Positions 36,338-46,510 of a stretch of DNA of 64,000 bases are shown here, one piece after another (position 1 is the stretch's first letter; each line of letters starts with the position of its first letter). Made by a program: the position numbers and the translations under genes. A model generated the notes under the pieces. It was not told where the DNA came from. It searched no databases and saw nothing but the letters and a program-made list of their open reading frames with translations. Source of the stretch: Longimicrobiales bacterium (lineage in GTDB: Bacteria; Gemmatimonadota; Gemmatimonadetes; Longimicrobiales; Gaopeijiaceae); the NCBI GenBank assembly GCA_041690395.1, contig JAWLHJ010000004.1, forward strand, positions 433,365 to 497,364. Direction: 5' to 3'.

Positions 36338-37959
36338 CCGGCTTGCAGCATCTCCAGGTTGGAGCGTACCGCCTCGTTGTGGGGGTTCAGATCGAGCGCC
36401 CGCCGCCAGAGGAGGAGCGCGACGTCCCGGTCGTTGTCCTTGTAGGCCATGGTGCCGAGCCGGAGATAGACGTCGTCTCCGAGCCGGGGCGAGAGCTTCA
36501 CGGCCTTCTCGTACTGCACCCGGGCGCTCTCCATGTCACCATGCGCGTACGCCTGGTCGCCGAGGTTCTTGTGGGCCTGGGGTGGCGGCGGCTGGACGGC
36601 CACCGCTCGCTTGTAGAGAGCCGCCGCCGCCTCGACTTCCCCGCGTCGCTCGAGGACGGCGCCCGTGTTCACCAGGATCGCACCGGACTTCGGATAGTGG
36701 CTCATGCCCTCCTGGCCGACCCCCACCGCGAAGTCGAGGTCGCCGGCGACGGCCGCGGCCAACACCGTGTAGGCGTAGTACTGCTCGGCCGGGACCTTGA
36801 GGCCGGGATAGGTCCGGTACCGGCGGAGCGCCTCGAGCGCCTTGTCGACCCGCTGCGCCTTGAAGTGCACGATCCCGCGGGCGAGGTACACCTCATGGTC
36901 CTTGGGACGGGCGACCGCGGCCGCGTCGAGCGCCTGGAGCGCATCGTCGTACCGCCCGAGGGCCTCGAGGGCGAGAGCCGTGTTCCGATGGACGGCGTAG
37001 CTCTCGGCGTACCCGGGGGGCATCGACCCGAAGTGCTGGAGCGACTCCTCGAGCCGGCCGCGTCGGAACGCGATCAGACCCATCATGAAGTTCGCGCGCG
37101 CCTGCCGGGGATCGGCCTCCAGGGCCTCCTCGAACTCGCGCTGCGCATCCTCCAGCATCCCCGACCGGTAGAACGCGATCCCGACGTTGAGGTGCTGCTG
37201 AAGGGCCTCGTCGCCGCCCGTCTCCTCCTCGGTGGTCCGCTCGCCGGTGCGGGATACGAAGCCGGCCTGGATGAGGCCGTAGAGGGCCTTCCCGGTATCG
37301 AACTCGACGAGCCCCGCTTCGTTCATGATCTCGTGCACGGTCCGCACGCCGTCCACGAAGGGCAGGATCTTCTTCTGGTGCGGGGTGAGCTCCACCTCGG
37401 CTTCGCTGACGGACGTCGTGGGGTCATGGTCGACCTGGAAGACGATGTCGAACGACGGGATCTTCTTCTCGACCAGGCTCCACTCGTCCACGCGCCGGGC
37501 ACCCTCCATGAGGAGCGCCTCGGGCGGGATGTCGACGAGCAGGAGGCCGTCCTCGTCGGGCATCTGGTCCGTGTCGAAGTGGAACGACCCCTGGGACCAG
37601 GTGAAGAGGTGGTAGACCGCCTCCTCGACCTGCATCTGGATGTAGCGTCGCAGGTCGTCGTGGGTGAGCGCGCCCATCTCCACGAGGATCTCGCCGAGGC
37701 GCTTGCTCTTGTCGCGCGACTGCGTCTCCATCGCGCTCGACAGGTCTTTCCGCGTGATCACGTGGTTCCGGACCAAGAGCTCGCCGAGGCGGTCCCTGCG
37801 GTTCAGAACGGAGGCGTAGATCACCCGCCCCTTCTGGAAGTAGACGTATCCGAAGTTCGACCGGTCCGTGATGCTCAGGCAGCCGGTCTTGCGGCCCATC
37901 CCGAGCAGCTGGCAGATGTCGGCCAGGCTGACGTCCTGGAGTGCGCCCTCGATGGCCAT
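36334..37959 (-). CDS. DUF4388 (PATAN-like) + TPR repeat protein
   Basis: MAIEGALQDVSLADICQLL...KTGCL, RLGELLV/RLGEILV, LLMEGARRVDEW, multiple TPRs; TAATG overlap with the upstream gene. Confidence 0.88.
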   Translation of the reverse strand: MAIEGALQDVSLADICQLLGMGRKTGCLSITDRSNFGYVYFQKGRVIYASVLNRRDRLGELLVRNHVITRKDLSSAMETQSRDKSKRLGEILVEMGALTHDDLRRYIQMQVEEAVYHLFTWSQGSFHFDTDQMPDEDGLLLVDIPPEALLMEGARRVDEWSLVEKKIPSFDIVFQVDHDPTTSVSEAEVELTPHQKKILPFVDGVRTVHEIMNEAGLVEFDTGKALYGLIQAGFVSRTGERTTEEETGGDEALQQHLNVGIAFYRSGMLEDAQREFEEALEADPRQARANFMMGLIAFRRGRLEESLQHFGSMPPGYAESYAVHRNTALALEALGRYDDALQALDAAAVARPKDHEVYLARGIVHFKAQRVDKALEALRRYRTYPGLKVPAEQYYAYTVLAAAVAGDLDFAVGVGQEGMSHYPKSGAILVNTGAVLERRGEVEAAAALYKRAVAVQPPPPQAHKNLGDQAYAHGDMESARVQYEKAVKLSPRLGDDVYLRLGTMAYKDNDRDVALLLWRRALDLNPHNEAVRSNLEMLQAG

Positions 37960-39926
37960 TAGTCGAGCTCCTCGATGAGGAGGTCGACCATGCGGGGCCA
38001 GTAGATCACGGCGTTCTCTCGGCTCGGAAACCAGGCGCCGCCCTTCCTGGGCGTCGCCGGGGGTGCCGGTTCGGGAATGACGGTCTTGGCCTTGGGCTCC
38101 CTGCGGGGCTGCGCCGGAGCGGTCGGGGTCTGCTTCGGCTGGGCGGAGGTCGCCACCGGAGCGCCCGCCGGCGCGACGTCCGGCTCCGGGGCCTCGGGGC
38201 CTTCGGGGGCGATCTCGGCGGCCGGTGCGCTCGTTTCGCTCGCCGGCCCGCCGATCATCTCGTCGAGCTGCAGGTCCGGCACGAACGACGAGCTGTCGAT
38301 GGAGATCCGCTGATCCTCCAGGATCAGGTCGCTCCCGGGCGTGCCGCTGTTCAGCTCCAGCACCAGGCCGCCCTCGAAGCGCGACCGCAACCGGTCGTCG
38401 ATCCCCCCGATCTGCGCCGGCACCCGGTCGGACAGCAGGAGCACACGCGCGCCGCGCCGCTTGAGGGCCTCGAAGAGGTGGAAGAACTCGTCCTGGGCCC
38501 GCTCGGTCTCCGAGAGGGCCTCGACTCCGTGCACGAGGAGCAGGTCCACCGTCCACCACCGCTCCCGCCACGCCCCGGCGACGCCCTCTCCGAGCGCGCG
38601 GATGAAGTCGTCGGCGAAGTCGCTCAGCGACGTGACCGCCATGCGTGCTTCGGGATGGGTGACCTGATAGGTCCGCCCCGCCGCGCCGAGAAGCGTCTTC
38701 CCGAGGTCCTCGTCCGGCGCGGCGACGAAGAGCGGGTTGTACTCCGGACGATCCCTTCCGACGAGCTGGGCCGCCGCCTTGAGCACGATACCCGGGAAGT
38801 CTGCGAGATCCGTCAGCAGCTGTCCCCGCGCCAACCGCGGGAACGGGCGCTGCCGCTCGCGGACCGACGCCAACAACGACTCGGCCTCCCCGATCCGGTC
38901 GGGGTCCTTGAGGACGCCGGCGGCCGCCTCGGGCCACGGGTTGCCGAGCTCGTCGAGCTCGTCCTCGATCTCGCGGAGTCGGTCGACGTCCCGGCGGAAG
39001 CCCTGGACGACCTCCTCCCACCCTTCCGGCTCGGACCCTTTCATGTATGGGTCGAGGCGGAGGCTCGAGAAGCCTTCGCGCTCGGCCGTGTCCACGGCCT
39101 CGCGGAACGCACGCCGCCAGGGCTCTTCCTTCTCTTCGACGACCTCGGCCAGCGAGGTGACGAGATCGTCCAGAAACGAGTCGAACTCGGCATCGTGGGC
39201 GCCTTCGCCCGACGTGACCGAGCCCATGAGCAAGGGCACCTCGTCCACGCGCACCCGCCGCTCCTCGAGCTCCTGGGTCGCGAGGACCTTGTTCAGCCCG
39301 CCGCCCAGCTCACGAACGTTCCGGAACGGATGCCGTGCGAGCGCCTCGGCCACACCGGGCTCCAGGGTCTGGCCGCGCCCCTCCGCCTTCTTGCGGATGA
39401 TGGCCACCCGCGTCTCGTACTCCGGGACACCGATGTCCACGATGAGTCCGCCGGAAAAACGAGACAGCAGCCTGGCATCGAGCCCGTTGATGTCCGCCGG
39501 CGGCCGGTCGCTGGCCAGCACCACCTGGCTCCCCGAAGCGGACAGCTCGTCCAGGGTGCGCAGCAGCATCTCCTGGGCTTCCGGCTGGCCCGTCACGAAC
39601 TGCACGTCGTCCAACAGCAGGATGTCCAGCTCCTTGAAGATCGCCATGCTGTCCTGGGAGCCGTCCTCGATGGCCGACTCCAGACGCTCCAGGTACTTCT
39701 CCAGCGCCATATACTCGAGCTTGCGCCCGGGTGACGTCTTGAGCGCCTGGTGCGCGATCGCCGTCAGGATGTGGGTCTTTCCGAGCCCCGACGCCGAATA
39801 CACGAACAGCGGGTTGTAGCTCGTGCCGGGGGAATCCGCGGCACGCCTGGCCGCCGCGGAGGCCAGACGGTTCGCGGGACCCACCACGAACGACTCGAAA
39901 GTCAGCTTGGGATCGAAATCCGACAT
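37959..39926 (-). CDS. DnaA/Hda-like protein with two tandem DnaA-type AAA+ domains, lacking domains I and IV
   Basis: TFESFVVGPANRLA, YNPLFVYSASGLGKTH, DDVQ, RLLSRFSGGL, NVREL; second copy YNPLFV...LGKT...RLRSRFEGGL. Confidence 0.85.
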   Translation of the reverse strand: MSDFDPKLTFESFVVGPANRLASAAARRAADSPGTSYNPLFVYSASGLGKTHILTAIAHQALKTSPGRKLEYMALEKYLERLESAIEDGSQDSMAIFKELDILLLDDVQFVTGQPEAQEMLLRTLDELSASGSQVVLASDRPPADINGLDARLLSRFSGGLIVDIGVPEYETRVAIIRKKAEGRGQTLEPGVAEALARHPFRNVRELGGGLNKVLATQELEERRVRVDEVPLLMGSVTSGEGAHDAEFDSFLDDLVTSLAEVVEEKEEPWRRAFREAVDTAEREGFSSLRLDPYMKGSEPEGWEEVVQGFRRDVDRLREIEDELDELGNPWPEAAAGVLKDPDRIGEAESLLASVRERQRPFPRLARGQLLTDLADFPGIVLKAAAQLVGRDRPEYNPLFVAAPDEDLGKTLLGAAGRTYQVTHPEARMAVTSLSDFADDFIRALGEGVAGAWRERWWTVDLLLVHGVEALSETERAQDEFFHLFEALKRRGARVLLLSDRVPAQIGGIDDRLRSRFEGGLVLELNSGTPGSDLILEDQRISIDSSSFVPDLQLDEMIGGPASETSAPAAEIAPEGPEAPEPDVAPAGAPVATSAQPKQTPTAPAQPRREPKAKTVIPEPAPPATPRKGGAWFPSRENAVIYWPRMVDLLIEELD

Positions 39927-40049
39927 CAGGACCGGGATGTGTTTCCCTGTGAGGACACGAGACGACGGCGTTGGCGAGGAACACGCGGAACACTAAGTAT
40001 CGGCCCGCGCCTACGGGAAAAAAAGGGTGATCCGGCCCGGAGCGGACCG

Positions 40050-41033
40050 CTACGAGCCGGCATCCGACGATCCGGCGCCCGTCCCGCGAGCCCAACGCGC
40101 GGCCGCCGCTAGGTCCTCGGGGAGCTCCGCGCGGAAGCGCATCCGCTCTCCCGTGACCGGGTGGTCGAAGCCGAGCGCGGCGGCGTGCAGAAACTGACGG
40201 CGCACGCGGCGGGCGAGCTGGTCGGCCCACCGCCGGCTCCCTCCACCCATCCCGCGCTCCCACCCGAGACCGTAGACCGAGTCCCCGACCACCGGGTGGC
40301 CGATGTGGCTCAGGTGCACGCGGATCTGGTGGGTGCGCCCCGTCTTCAACGCCACGTCCAACAGGTCCGCACGCTCCCACCGTTCGGCCACCCGGACCCG
40401 GGTGAGCGCATGGCGGCCGCCCTCGACGACGGCCATCTTCTTGCGGTTCCCCGGGTCCCGGTCGATGGGGGCATCGATCGTGAGCACGTCCTCCGCGAGG
40501 TGTCCCCAGGCGAGCGCGGTGTAGATCCGCTTGATGCGCCGCTGCTTGAGCGCGTCGCTGAGCGCGTGATGGGCCTGGTCCGTCTTGGCCACCACGAGCA
40601 GTCCCGACGTGTCCCGGTCGAGGCGGTGGACGATGCCCGGGCGCAGCCGACCACCCACGCCGGAGAGGTCGCGCACGTGGTGGAGCAGCGCGTTCACCAT
40701 GGTCCCGGTCCGGTGCCCGGGGGCCGGGTGCACGACCATTCCCGCCGGCTTGTTCACGACGGCGAGATGGGGGTCCTGATAGACGATCTCGAGGGGAAGG
40801 TCCTCGGCTTCCATGGTCACGGCGACCGGAGCCGGCACCTCGATGCGCACGCGCTGGCCGGCCTCGACGACCTCGGACTTCCGCGCCGGGCGGTCGTCGA
40901 TGGTGATGTGTCCGTCCTCGAGGAGCTTCTGCACGCGGGTGCGAGAGAGATCCATACGGGCGGCTATGAAGCGATCGAGGCGGACCTCGTCGCCCTCCTC
41001 GACCGTCAGCTCATGGATATTCCGGTCGCTCAA
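40050..41033 (-). CDS. rluD: RluA-family 23S rRNA pseudouridine synthase
   Basis: S4 domain, NKPAGMVVHP, GIVHRLDRDTSG, TGRTHQIRVH. Confidence 0.93.
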   Translation of the reverse strand: MSDRNIHELTVEEGDEVRLDRFIAARMDLSRTRVQKLLEDGHITIDDRPARKSEVVEAGQRVRIEVPAPVAVTMEAEDLPLEIVYQDPHLAVVNKPAGMVVHPAPGHRTGTMVNALLHHVRDLSGVGGRLRPGIVHRLDRDTSGLLVVAKTDQAHHALSDALKQRRIKRIYTALAWGHLAEDVLTIDAPIDRDPGNRKKMAVVEGGRHALTRVRVAERWERADLLDVALKTGRTHQIRVHLSHIGHPVVGDSVYGLGWERGMGGGSRRWADQLARRVRRQFLHAAALGFDHPVTGERMRFRAELPEDLAAAARWARGTGAGSSDAGS

Positions 41034-41037
41034 CGGC

Positions 41038-44000
41038 TCACCCGGCCGCGGGCCGGAGCGCGATCCAGGCCGGCGTTCCGTCTAGGTCGACATCCGAGGC
41101 GTGCGGGAAGCCGTTCCTGGCCGGCGAGGCATCCTCCAGCACCGCCACGTCGAGGGCCAGCGTCTCGCCCCCGATGAAGTCCCGGTGCCCCTCAGCCGCG
41201 GCACGCACGGCGTCCGGACCGGCGATCCCCAGCTCGATCCGGTCGGTGATTTCGAGCCCGGCGTCCTTGCGGAGGCGCTGAATCCTGTTGACCAGCTCCC
41301 GCGCGAGGCCCTCGGCCCTGAGCTCGTCGTCGAGCTCCGGATCGAGCGCCACGGTGTAGGCGCCCTCCCCTTTCACCACGAGATCCCCGGTCGCCTCCTG
41401 CAGCACGTCGAGCTCGTCGGTCTGGAGGACATGCCGCTCCCCATCGATCTCGATCTCGACCGATTCGCCGCGCTGGAAGGCCCGGACCCGCTCCTGATCG
41501 AGCGCGCGGATCGCGTTGGCGGCATCGTTCGTCCGCTTGCCGAAGCGGTTCCCGAGCGCGCGGTAGTTCGGCTTGGCGCTCAGCGTCACGATGTCCTCGG
41601 CGCTCGACAGGAACCGGACCTCCTTCACGTTCAGCTCGTCCCGGACCACGTCCAGCACCTCACCCGACAGGGAGCGCCCACCGGGAACCACCGCCTCCAT
41701 GACACGGAGCGGCTGGCGAACCCGGATCCGGACCTCCTCACGTGCCGCCCTACCCAACGACACCAGGGTGCGGGCCGCGTCCATGTCGGCTTCGAGCCCC
41801 TCGGAGCGCGCGCCCGACACCTTCGGGAAGCGCTCGAGGTGGACGGTCTTCCCGGTGAGCCCGCGGTGCAGCCAATCGGCCGTGAACGGCACGACGGGCG
41901 CGGCGAGGAGCGTCACCGTCCGTAGCGCATCCCAGAGGGTCCGGAAGGCCGCGCGCATGTCGTCCGCGTCCTCGTTCCCCCAGAAGCGGGCCCGGTTGCG
42001 CCGCACGTACCAGTTGGAGAGGTCCTCGACCACGAAGTCCCCGAGCGCGCGGTAGGCGCGGGTGAGCTGGTACGCCTCGAGCTCCCGGGTCACGTCGTCC
42101 ACGACCGTGTCCAGGCGGGAAACGAGCCACCGGTCCAGGAGCGGCCGGTCCGCAGGTGCCGGATCCGCGTCGGACGGCTCCCACGCTTCGACCTCCGCGT
42201 ACATGGTGAAGAAGCGGTAGCTGTTGAACAGCGTGTCCAGGAACTTCCGAGCCGCCTCGCCCACGCCGGCCGGGTCGTACCGCTTCGGGACCCACGGATT
42301 CGACGACACGATGAAGTACCACCTGAGCGCGTCCGAGCCGTGCTCGTCGATCGCGTCCCAGGGGTTCACGACGTTCCCCTTGGACTTGGACATCTTCTGT
42401 CCCTCGGCGTCCAGGATCAGGTCGTTCACCACGACGTTCTTGTAGGCCGGTCCGCGCCCCAGGAGCGTGGAGATCGCCATGAGCGAGTAGAACCACCCGC
42501 GCGTCTGGTCGAGTCCCTCGCAGATGAAGTCCGCCGGGAAGTGCCGCTCGAACTCCTCCTCGTTCTCGAACGGGTAGTGCCACTGCGCGTAGGGCATGGC
42601 GCCCGAGTCGAACCAGACGTCGACCACCTCGGGCGTACGGCGCATGGTGCCTTCGCACTCCGCGCACGACCAGGTGATCTCGTCGATGAACGGCCGGTGG
42701 GGGTCGAAGTCGTCGGGCAGGTCACCGACCCGGGCCCGCAGATCCGCCAGCGAACCGATCCAATGCACGTGATCTTCGTCCTGGTCGCAGACCCAGACCG
42801 GAATCGGCGTGCCCCAGTAGCGATCACGGGACAGCGCCCAGTCGATGTTCCCGCGGAGCCATTCCCCGAAGCGGTTCTCCCCGACCTCGGGGGGGTGCCA
42901 GGACACCTGGTCGTTGTTCTCGAGCAGCTTGTCGCGCAGCGTCGACGTCGCCGCGAACCACGAGTGGCGCGCCACGTACAGGAGCGGCGAATCGCAGCGC
43001 CAGCAGTGCGGGTAGCTGTGCATCATGCGGCCGATGTCGAAGAGCAGGCCTCGGGCCTTCAGCTCGTCGACCAGCACGGCGTCTGCGTCCTTGACCCACT
43101 GACCCGCCACGAGGCCGACGTCTTCGGTGAAGCGGCCGGCCCCGTCGATGGGGTTGAGCATGGGGAGCCCGTGCCGCTGCCCCGCCGCGTAGTCGTCCGA
43201 CCCGAACGCGGGGGCCATGTGGACGATACCCGTGCCGTCGTCGGCGCTCACGAAGTCCTCGAGCACCACCGTCCAGCCGTTGCCCACGTCTTCGGGCTCC
43301 GGCACGAGATCGAGGGGCCTCCGGTACCGGATACCGGCGAGCTCGGCTCCAGGATACGTGCGCGCGACCTCGGCATCCTCGCCGAAGAGTGCCTCGACCC
43401 GGTCGAGGGCCAGGATGTAGCGACGGCCGTCGCGCTCCACTTCGGCGTACGTCAGCTCCGGATGCACCGCGAGCCCCGTGTTCGACGGGACCGTCCACGG
43501 CGTGGTCGTCCACGCGAGGAAGGCCCGGCCGTCGAGCTCGCCGTTCTCGTCGACGGCCTCGGCCACGAAGGTGAGCGAGGGGTCCTCGACGTCCTTGTAC
43601 CCGAGCGACACCTCGTGCGAGGACAGCGTCGTCCCGCAACGCGGGCAGTACGGCACGCTCTTGTGGCCGCGGTAGAGCAGCCCGTCGTCGGCGAACTTCT
43701 TGAGGATCCACCAGACCGACTCGATGTAGTCGGTGTGGAAGGTCACGTACGGGCGCCAGTACTCGAGCCAATACGCGATCCGCTCGCTCAGCCGCTCCCA
43801 CTCTTCCTTGTACGTGAAGACGGAGTCGCGGCACACCTCGTTGAAGCGCTCGATCCCGAGTGCCTCGATCTCCGGCTTCCCACTGATGCCGAGCTTCTTC
43901 TCGGCCTCGATCTCCACCGGTAGCCCGTGGGTGTCCCAACCCGCGATCCTCGTGACGCTCCGGCCCTCCATGGCCCGGTAGCGGCACACCAGGTCCTTGA

Positions 44001-44187
44001 TGGTCCGGCTGATGATGTGGTGGATGCCCGGACGCCCGTTCGCCGTCGGAGGCCCCTCGTAGAACACGAAGGGCTCGCCATCGGCGTTCGCCTCGAGGGT
44101 GCGGCGGAAGAGGTCCTCGTCACGCCACAGTCGGAGGGTTTCCTCCTCGATCTCGAGGAGGCTGTCGGGAAGCTCTGGGTAGCGCAT
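41038..44187 (-). CDS. ileS: Isoleucine--tRNA ligase (type 2)
   Basis: FYEGPPTANG.PGIHH, GWDTHGLP, WTTTPWT, DWALSRDRYWG, DQTRGWF, KMSKS. Confidence 0.97.
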   Translation of the reverse strand: MRYPELPDSLLEIEEETLRLWRDEDLFRRTLEANADGEPFVFYEGPPTANGRPGIHHIISRTIKDLVCRYRAMEGRSVTRIAGWDTHGLPVEIEAEKKLGISGKPEIEALGIERFNEVCRDSVFTYKEEWERLSERIAYWLEYWRPYVTFHTDYIESVWWILKKFADDGLLYRGHKSVPYCPRCGTTLSSHEVSLGYKDVEDPSLTFVAEAVDENGELDGRAFLAWTTTPWTVPSNTGLAVHPELTYAEVERDGRRYILALDRVEALFGEDAEVARTYPGAELAGIRYRRPLDLVPEPEDVGNGWTVVLEDFVSADDGTGIVHMAPAFGSDDYAAGQRHGLPMLNPIDGAGRFTEDVGLVAGQWVKDADAVLVDELKARGLLFDIGRMMHSYPHCWRCDSPLLYVARHSWFAATSTLRDKLLENNDQVSWHPPEVGENRFGEWLRGNIDWALSRDRYWGTPIPVWVCDQDEDHVHWIGSLADLRARVGDLPDDFDPHRPFIDEITWSCAECEGTMRRTPEVVDVWFDSGAMPYAQWHYPFENEEEFERHFPADFICEGLDQTRGWFYSLMAISTLLGRGPAYKNVVVNDLILDAEGQKMSKSKGNVVNPWDAIDEHGSDALRWYFIVSSNPWVPKRYDPAGVGEAARKFLDTLFNSYRFFTMYAEVEAWEPSDADPAPADRPLLDRWLVSRLDTVVDDVTRELEAYQLTRAYRALGDFVVEDLSNWYVRRNRARFWGNEDADDMRAAFRTLWDALRTVTLLAAPVVPFTADWLHRGLTGKTVHLERFPKVSGARSEGLEADMDAARTLVSLGRAAREEVRIRVRQPLRVMEAVVPGGRSLSGEVLDVVRDELNVKEVRFLSSAEDIVTLSAKPNYRALGNRFGKRTNDAANAIRALDQERVRAFQRGESVEIEIDGERHVLQTDELDVLQEATGDLVVKGEGAYTVALDPELDDELRAEGLARELVNRIQRLRKDAGLEITDRIELGIAGPDAVRAAAEGHRDFIGGETLALDVAVLEDASPARNGFPHASDVDLDGTPAWIALRPAAG

Positions 44188-44211
44188 GGATGCGGAGGCG
44201 GGTGGTATGGT

Positions 44212-45024
44212 TCAGTCGCGCTCGTCGGGAGCGTCTTCTTCGTCGAGATACAGCAACAGGTTCTCCGCACGGCGCGGTGCGTCGAGGGGCTCCGGGAGCG
44301 GATCGTCCTCGTCCGGTCCGTCCTGCAGTGGCGCGTCTTCCTCCGACCCGGCGATCGCGCCTTCGCCGGACGCTACGCCTTCCCCAGGCGCTGCACCCGC
44401 TCCGGACGCCGTGTCCTCGGCAGGGTCGACCGCGGCGGCACCCTCGCCGTCGACGGCGTCGTCCCCTCGCTCACGGCCCACCTTGGCGCGGATCGCGCCG
44501 AGGTCCAACTCGAAGGAGCGGTCCTCGAGGGGCGTGCGCGCCTCCTCGACCTCGACGACGTCCATCTCGCGCTCGAGCAGCTGACGGAACGATCGGAGGA
44601 AGCGGAGCCGTCCCCGCTCGAGCTCGCCCAGGGAGCGAACGATCTCGTCGGCCTTGCGCTCGGAGTTCCTCATCCGGATGCGCACCTCGGCCTCGGCCTC
44701 GGCGATCATCCGGCGCGACTCCGTGCGGGCGTCCTCCACGATCTTCTCGGCCTCGACGCGGGCCTGCTCCCGGATCTCGGTCCGGAGCTCCTGTGCCGTG
44801 ACCAGGGCGTCGCGCACGGCGGACTCCCGCTCGGTCTGCGAGCGGACCTGCGACTCGAGCGAGTGCGTGCGCTCCTTGAGCTGCAGATTCTCCCGCACCA
44901 GCGCCTCCAGCCGCTCGGACACCATCTCCAGGAACGAATCCACGTCCTGGACCTCATAGCCCCTCATGCTCTTGCGGAAGTCGCCGCGCTTGTTCCGTAC
45001 GTCCAGCGGTGTCAGGTCGATCAT
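44212..45024 (-). CDS. divIVA: DivIVA domain protein
   Basis: MIDLTPLDVRNK..F.KSMRGY...VDSFL followed by coiled coil. Confidence 0.85.
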   Translation of the reverse strand: MIDLTPLDVRNKRGDFRKSMRGYEVQDVDSFLEMVSERLEALVRENLQLKERTHSLESQVRSQTERESAVRDALVTAQELRTEIREQARVEAEKIVEDARTESRRMIAEAEAEVRIRMRNSERKADEIVRSLGELERGRLRFLRSFRQLLEREMDVVEVEEARTPLEDRSFELDLGAIRAKVGRERGDDAVDGEGAAAVDPAEDTASGAGAAPGEGVASGEGAIAGSEEDAPLQDGPDEDDPLPEPLDAPRRAENLLLYLDEEDAPDERD

Positions 45025-45743
45025 GCCCCTTCCCTCTCCCCGAAGAGTGCGGTCCCGATCCGGACCATGGTGCTCCCTTCCCGAATCGCGATCTCGAGAT
45101 CGTTCGTCATTCCCATCGACAGCTCCGGGCCGACGCGGTCCGTGGCCGCGCGAACCCGCTCCGATACGCTCCTCAGCCCGGCGAACGCTTCGGCCAGCAC
45201 CCGCTCGTCGTCGACGAACGGGGCCATCGTCATCAGTCCGAGCACCCGCAGGCCCGGAAGCTCGGCGAGCTCCTGGATGCTCTCCAGCACCGCCGGCCCC
45301 TCGAGGCCTCCCTTGGCCTCCTCGCCGGACGTGTTGACCTGCGCGAGGACCGAGACGGGCGAGCCCCGCTCCTCCGCCGCCCGCGACACCTTCCGTGCGA
45401 GCTTCAGCGAGTCGATCGAGTGGATCACGTCGGCGACCTCGACCGCGCGGGGCGCCTTCCTGCTCTGGATGTGCCCGATGAAGTGCCACGTCACGCCCGA
45501 CAGCCCGGACAGCGCCGCACGCTTCGCTTCGGCCTCTCCGACCCGGTTCTCGCCCAGGTCCCTCAGACCGGCCTCCACCGCCGCCTCGATCGCCGCGACG
45601 GGGTGGCCCTTCGTGACGGCCACCAGACGGACGTCCCCCGGATCCCGCGCCGCCGCGCGGGCGGCCTCCTCGATACGGTGGCGCACGGCCGGCACGGTCT
45701 CGGCCAGCCTCGTGGCGTACTCCTCAGCGGTCGCAGACGTCAT
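45021..45743 (-). CDS. yggS: YggS/PLP homeostasis protein
   Basis: LVAVTK, GEN, WHFIGHIQ, LSMGMTND, VRIGTALFG. Confidence 0.95.
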   Translation of the reverse strand: MTSATAEEYATRLAETVPAVRHRIEEAARAAARDPGDVRLVAVTKGHPVAAIEAAVEAGLRDLGENRVGEAEAKRAALSGLSGVTWHFIGHIQSRKAPRAVEVADVIHSIDSLKLARKVSRAAEERGSPVSVLAQVNTSGEEAKGGLEGPAVLESIQELAELPGLRVLGLMTMAPFVDDERVLAEAFAGLRSVSERVRAATDRVGPELSMGMTNDLEIAIREGSTMVRIGTALFGEREGA

Positions 45744-45773
45744 CCATCCATCCCGTTAGTCACATATAAACGC

Positions 45774-45806
45774 AAAGGGACCCCGCCGGAGCACCGGCGG
45801 GGTCCC
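45774..45806 (-). terminator. Rho-independent terminator after tonB
   Basis: 13-bp perfect stem GGGACCCCGCCGG/CCGGCGGGGTCCC followed by TTT on the minus strand. Confidence 0.75.
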
Positions 45807-45829
45807 AAAGGGTCCTCTCAGGCTCCGTG

Positions 45830-46510
45830 TCAGCGAACCTGGAAGGTAATCGGGAAGGACACCCAGACGGGAACCCTCTGGTCGCGGTTCAGCGCCGGCG
45901 AGAACTGGTAGACCTCGGCCACGTTCAGAGCGGCCTGGTCGAGTGCCTGGTGCCCGGAGCTCTGGTCGATCCGAGTATCCTGAACGCGTCCGCCCTCGTC
46001 GATGAAGAAGTACACGCGCACCGTTCCGCCGATACCGGCGTCACGGAGTAGCGGCGGGTACTCCCGCTCCATCGCCCGGATCACCGCGGTCCGGTTCTGG
46101 ATCTCCGGCGCGACCGTGAACGGCGTGAACGTCGGCTGGGCGGACAGGTCCGTGCCCGCCTCCTCTGGAGGCGGCGGCAGGTCCTCCACCGGGTTATCCT
46201 CGAACGTCGTCGGCGCGATCGTGATGTCCTCCTCGATGTTCGCTTCGGCGATCACCGGGGTGGCCGGCCGCGAGATGGCCTGCGGCGGCGGCGGAATCTC
46301 GATCTCCGGCGGGAGCTCGATGGCCGTCAGCTCCTCGGACGTCACGGAGAAGTCCTCGGCGGTCAGTTCGGGCCAGAAGGCGAACGCGCCGAAGTGAATC
46401 AGCGTGGCCGCGATCATGGAACCCCAGAACCACGAGGCGAACGAACCCTTCAGGCGATCGTTGGCCGTCACCGCGGCCTCGATCGACGGTACCGCTTCGG
46501 CTGCGCTCAT
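45830..46510 (-). CDS. tonB: TonB family energy transducer
   Basis: TM anchor with His, Pro-rich linker, YP...GIGGTV.V.F.IDE.G.V C-terminal domain. Confidence 0.9.
   Translation of the reverse strand: MSAAEAVPSIEAAVTANDRLKGSFASWFWGSMIAATLIHFGAFAFWPELTAEDFSVTSEELTAIELPPEIEIPPPPQAISRPATPVIAEANIEEDITIAPTTFEDNPVEDLPPPPEEAGTDLSAQPTFTPFTVAPEIQNRTAVIRAMEREYPPLLRDAGIGGTVRVYFFIDEGGRVQDTRIDQSSGHQALDQAALNVAEVYQFSPALNRDQRVPVWVSFPITFQVR

Noticed and set aside
37959..40050. Canonical dnaA and oriC
   Set aside because: No domain IV, no dnaN neighbour, and no TTATCCACA boxes seen in the flanking DNA.
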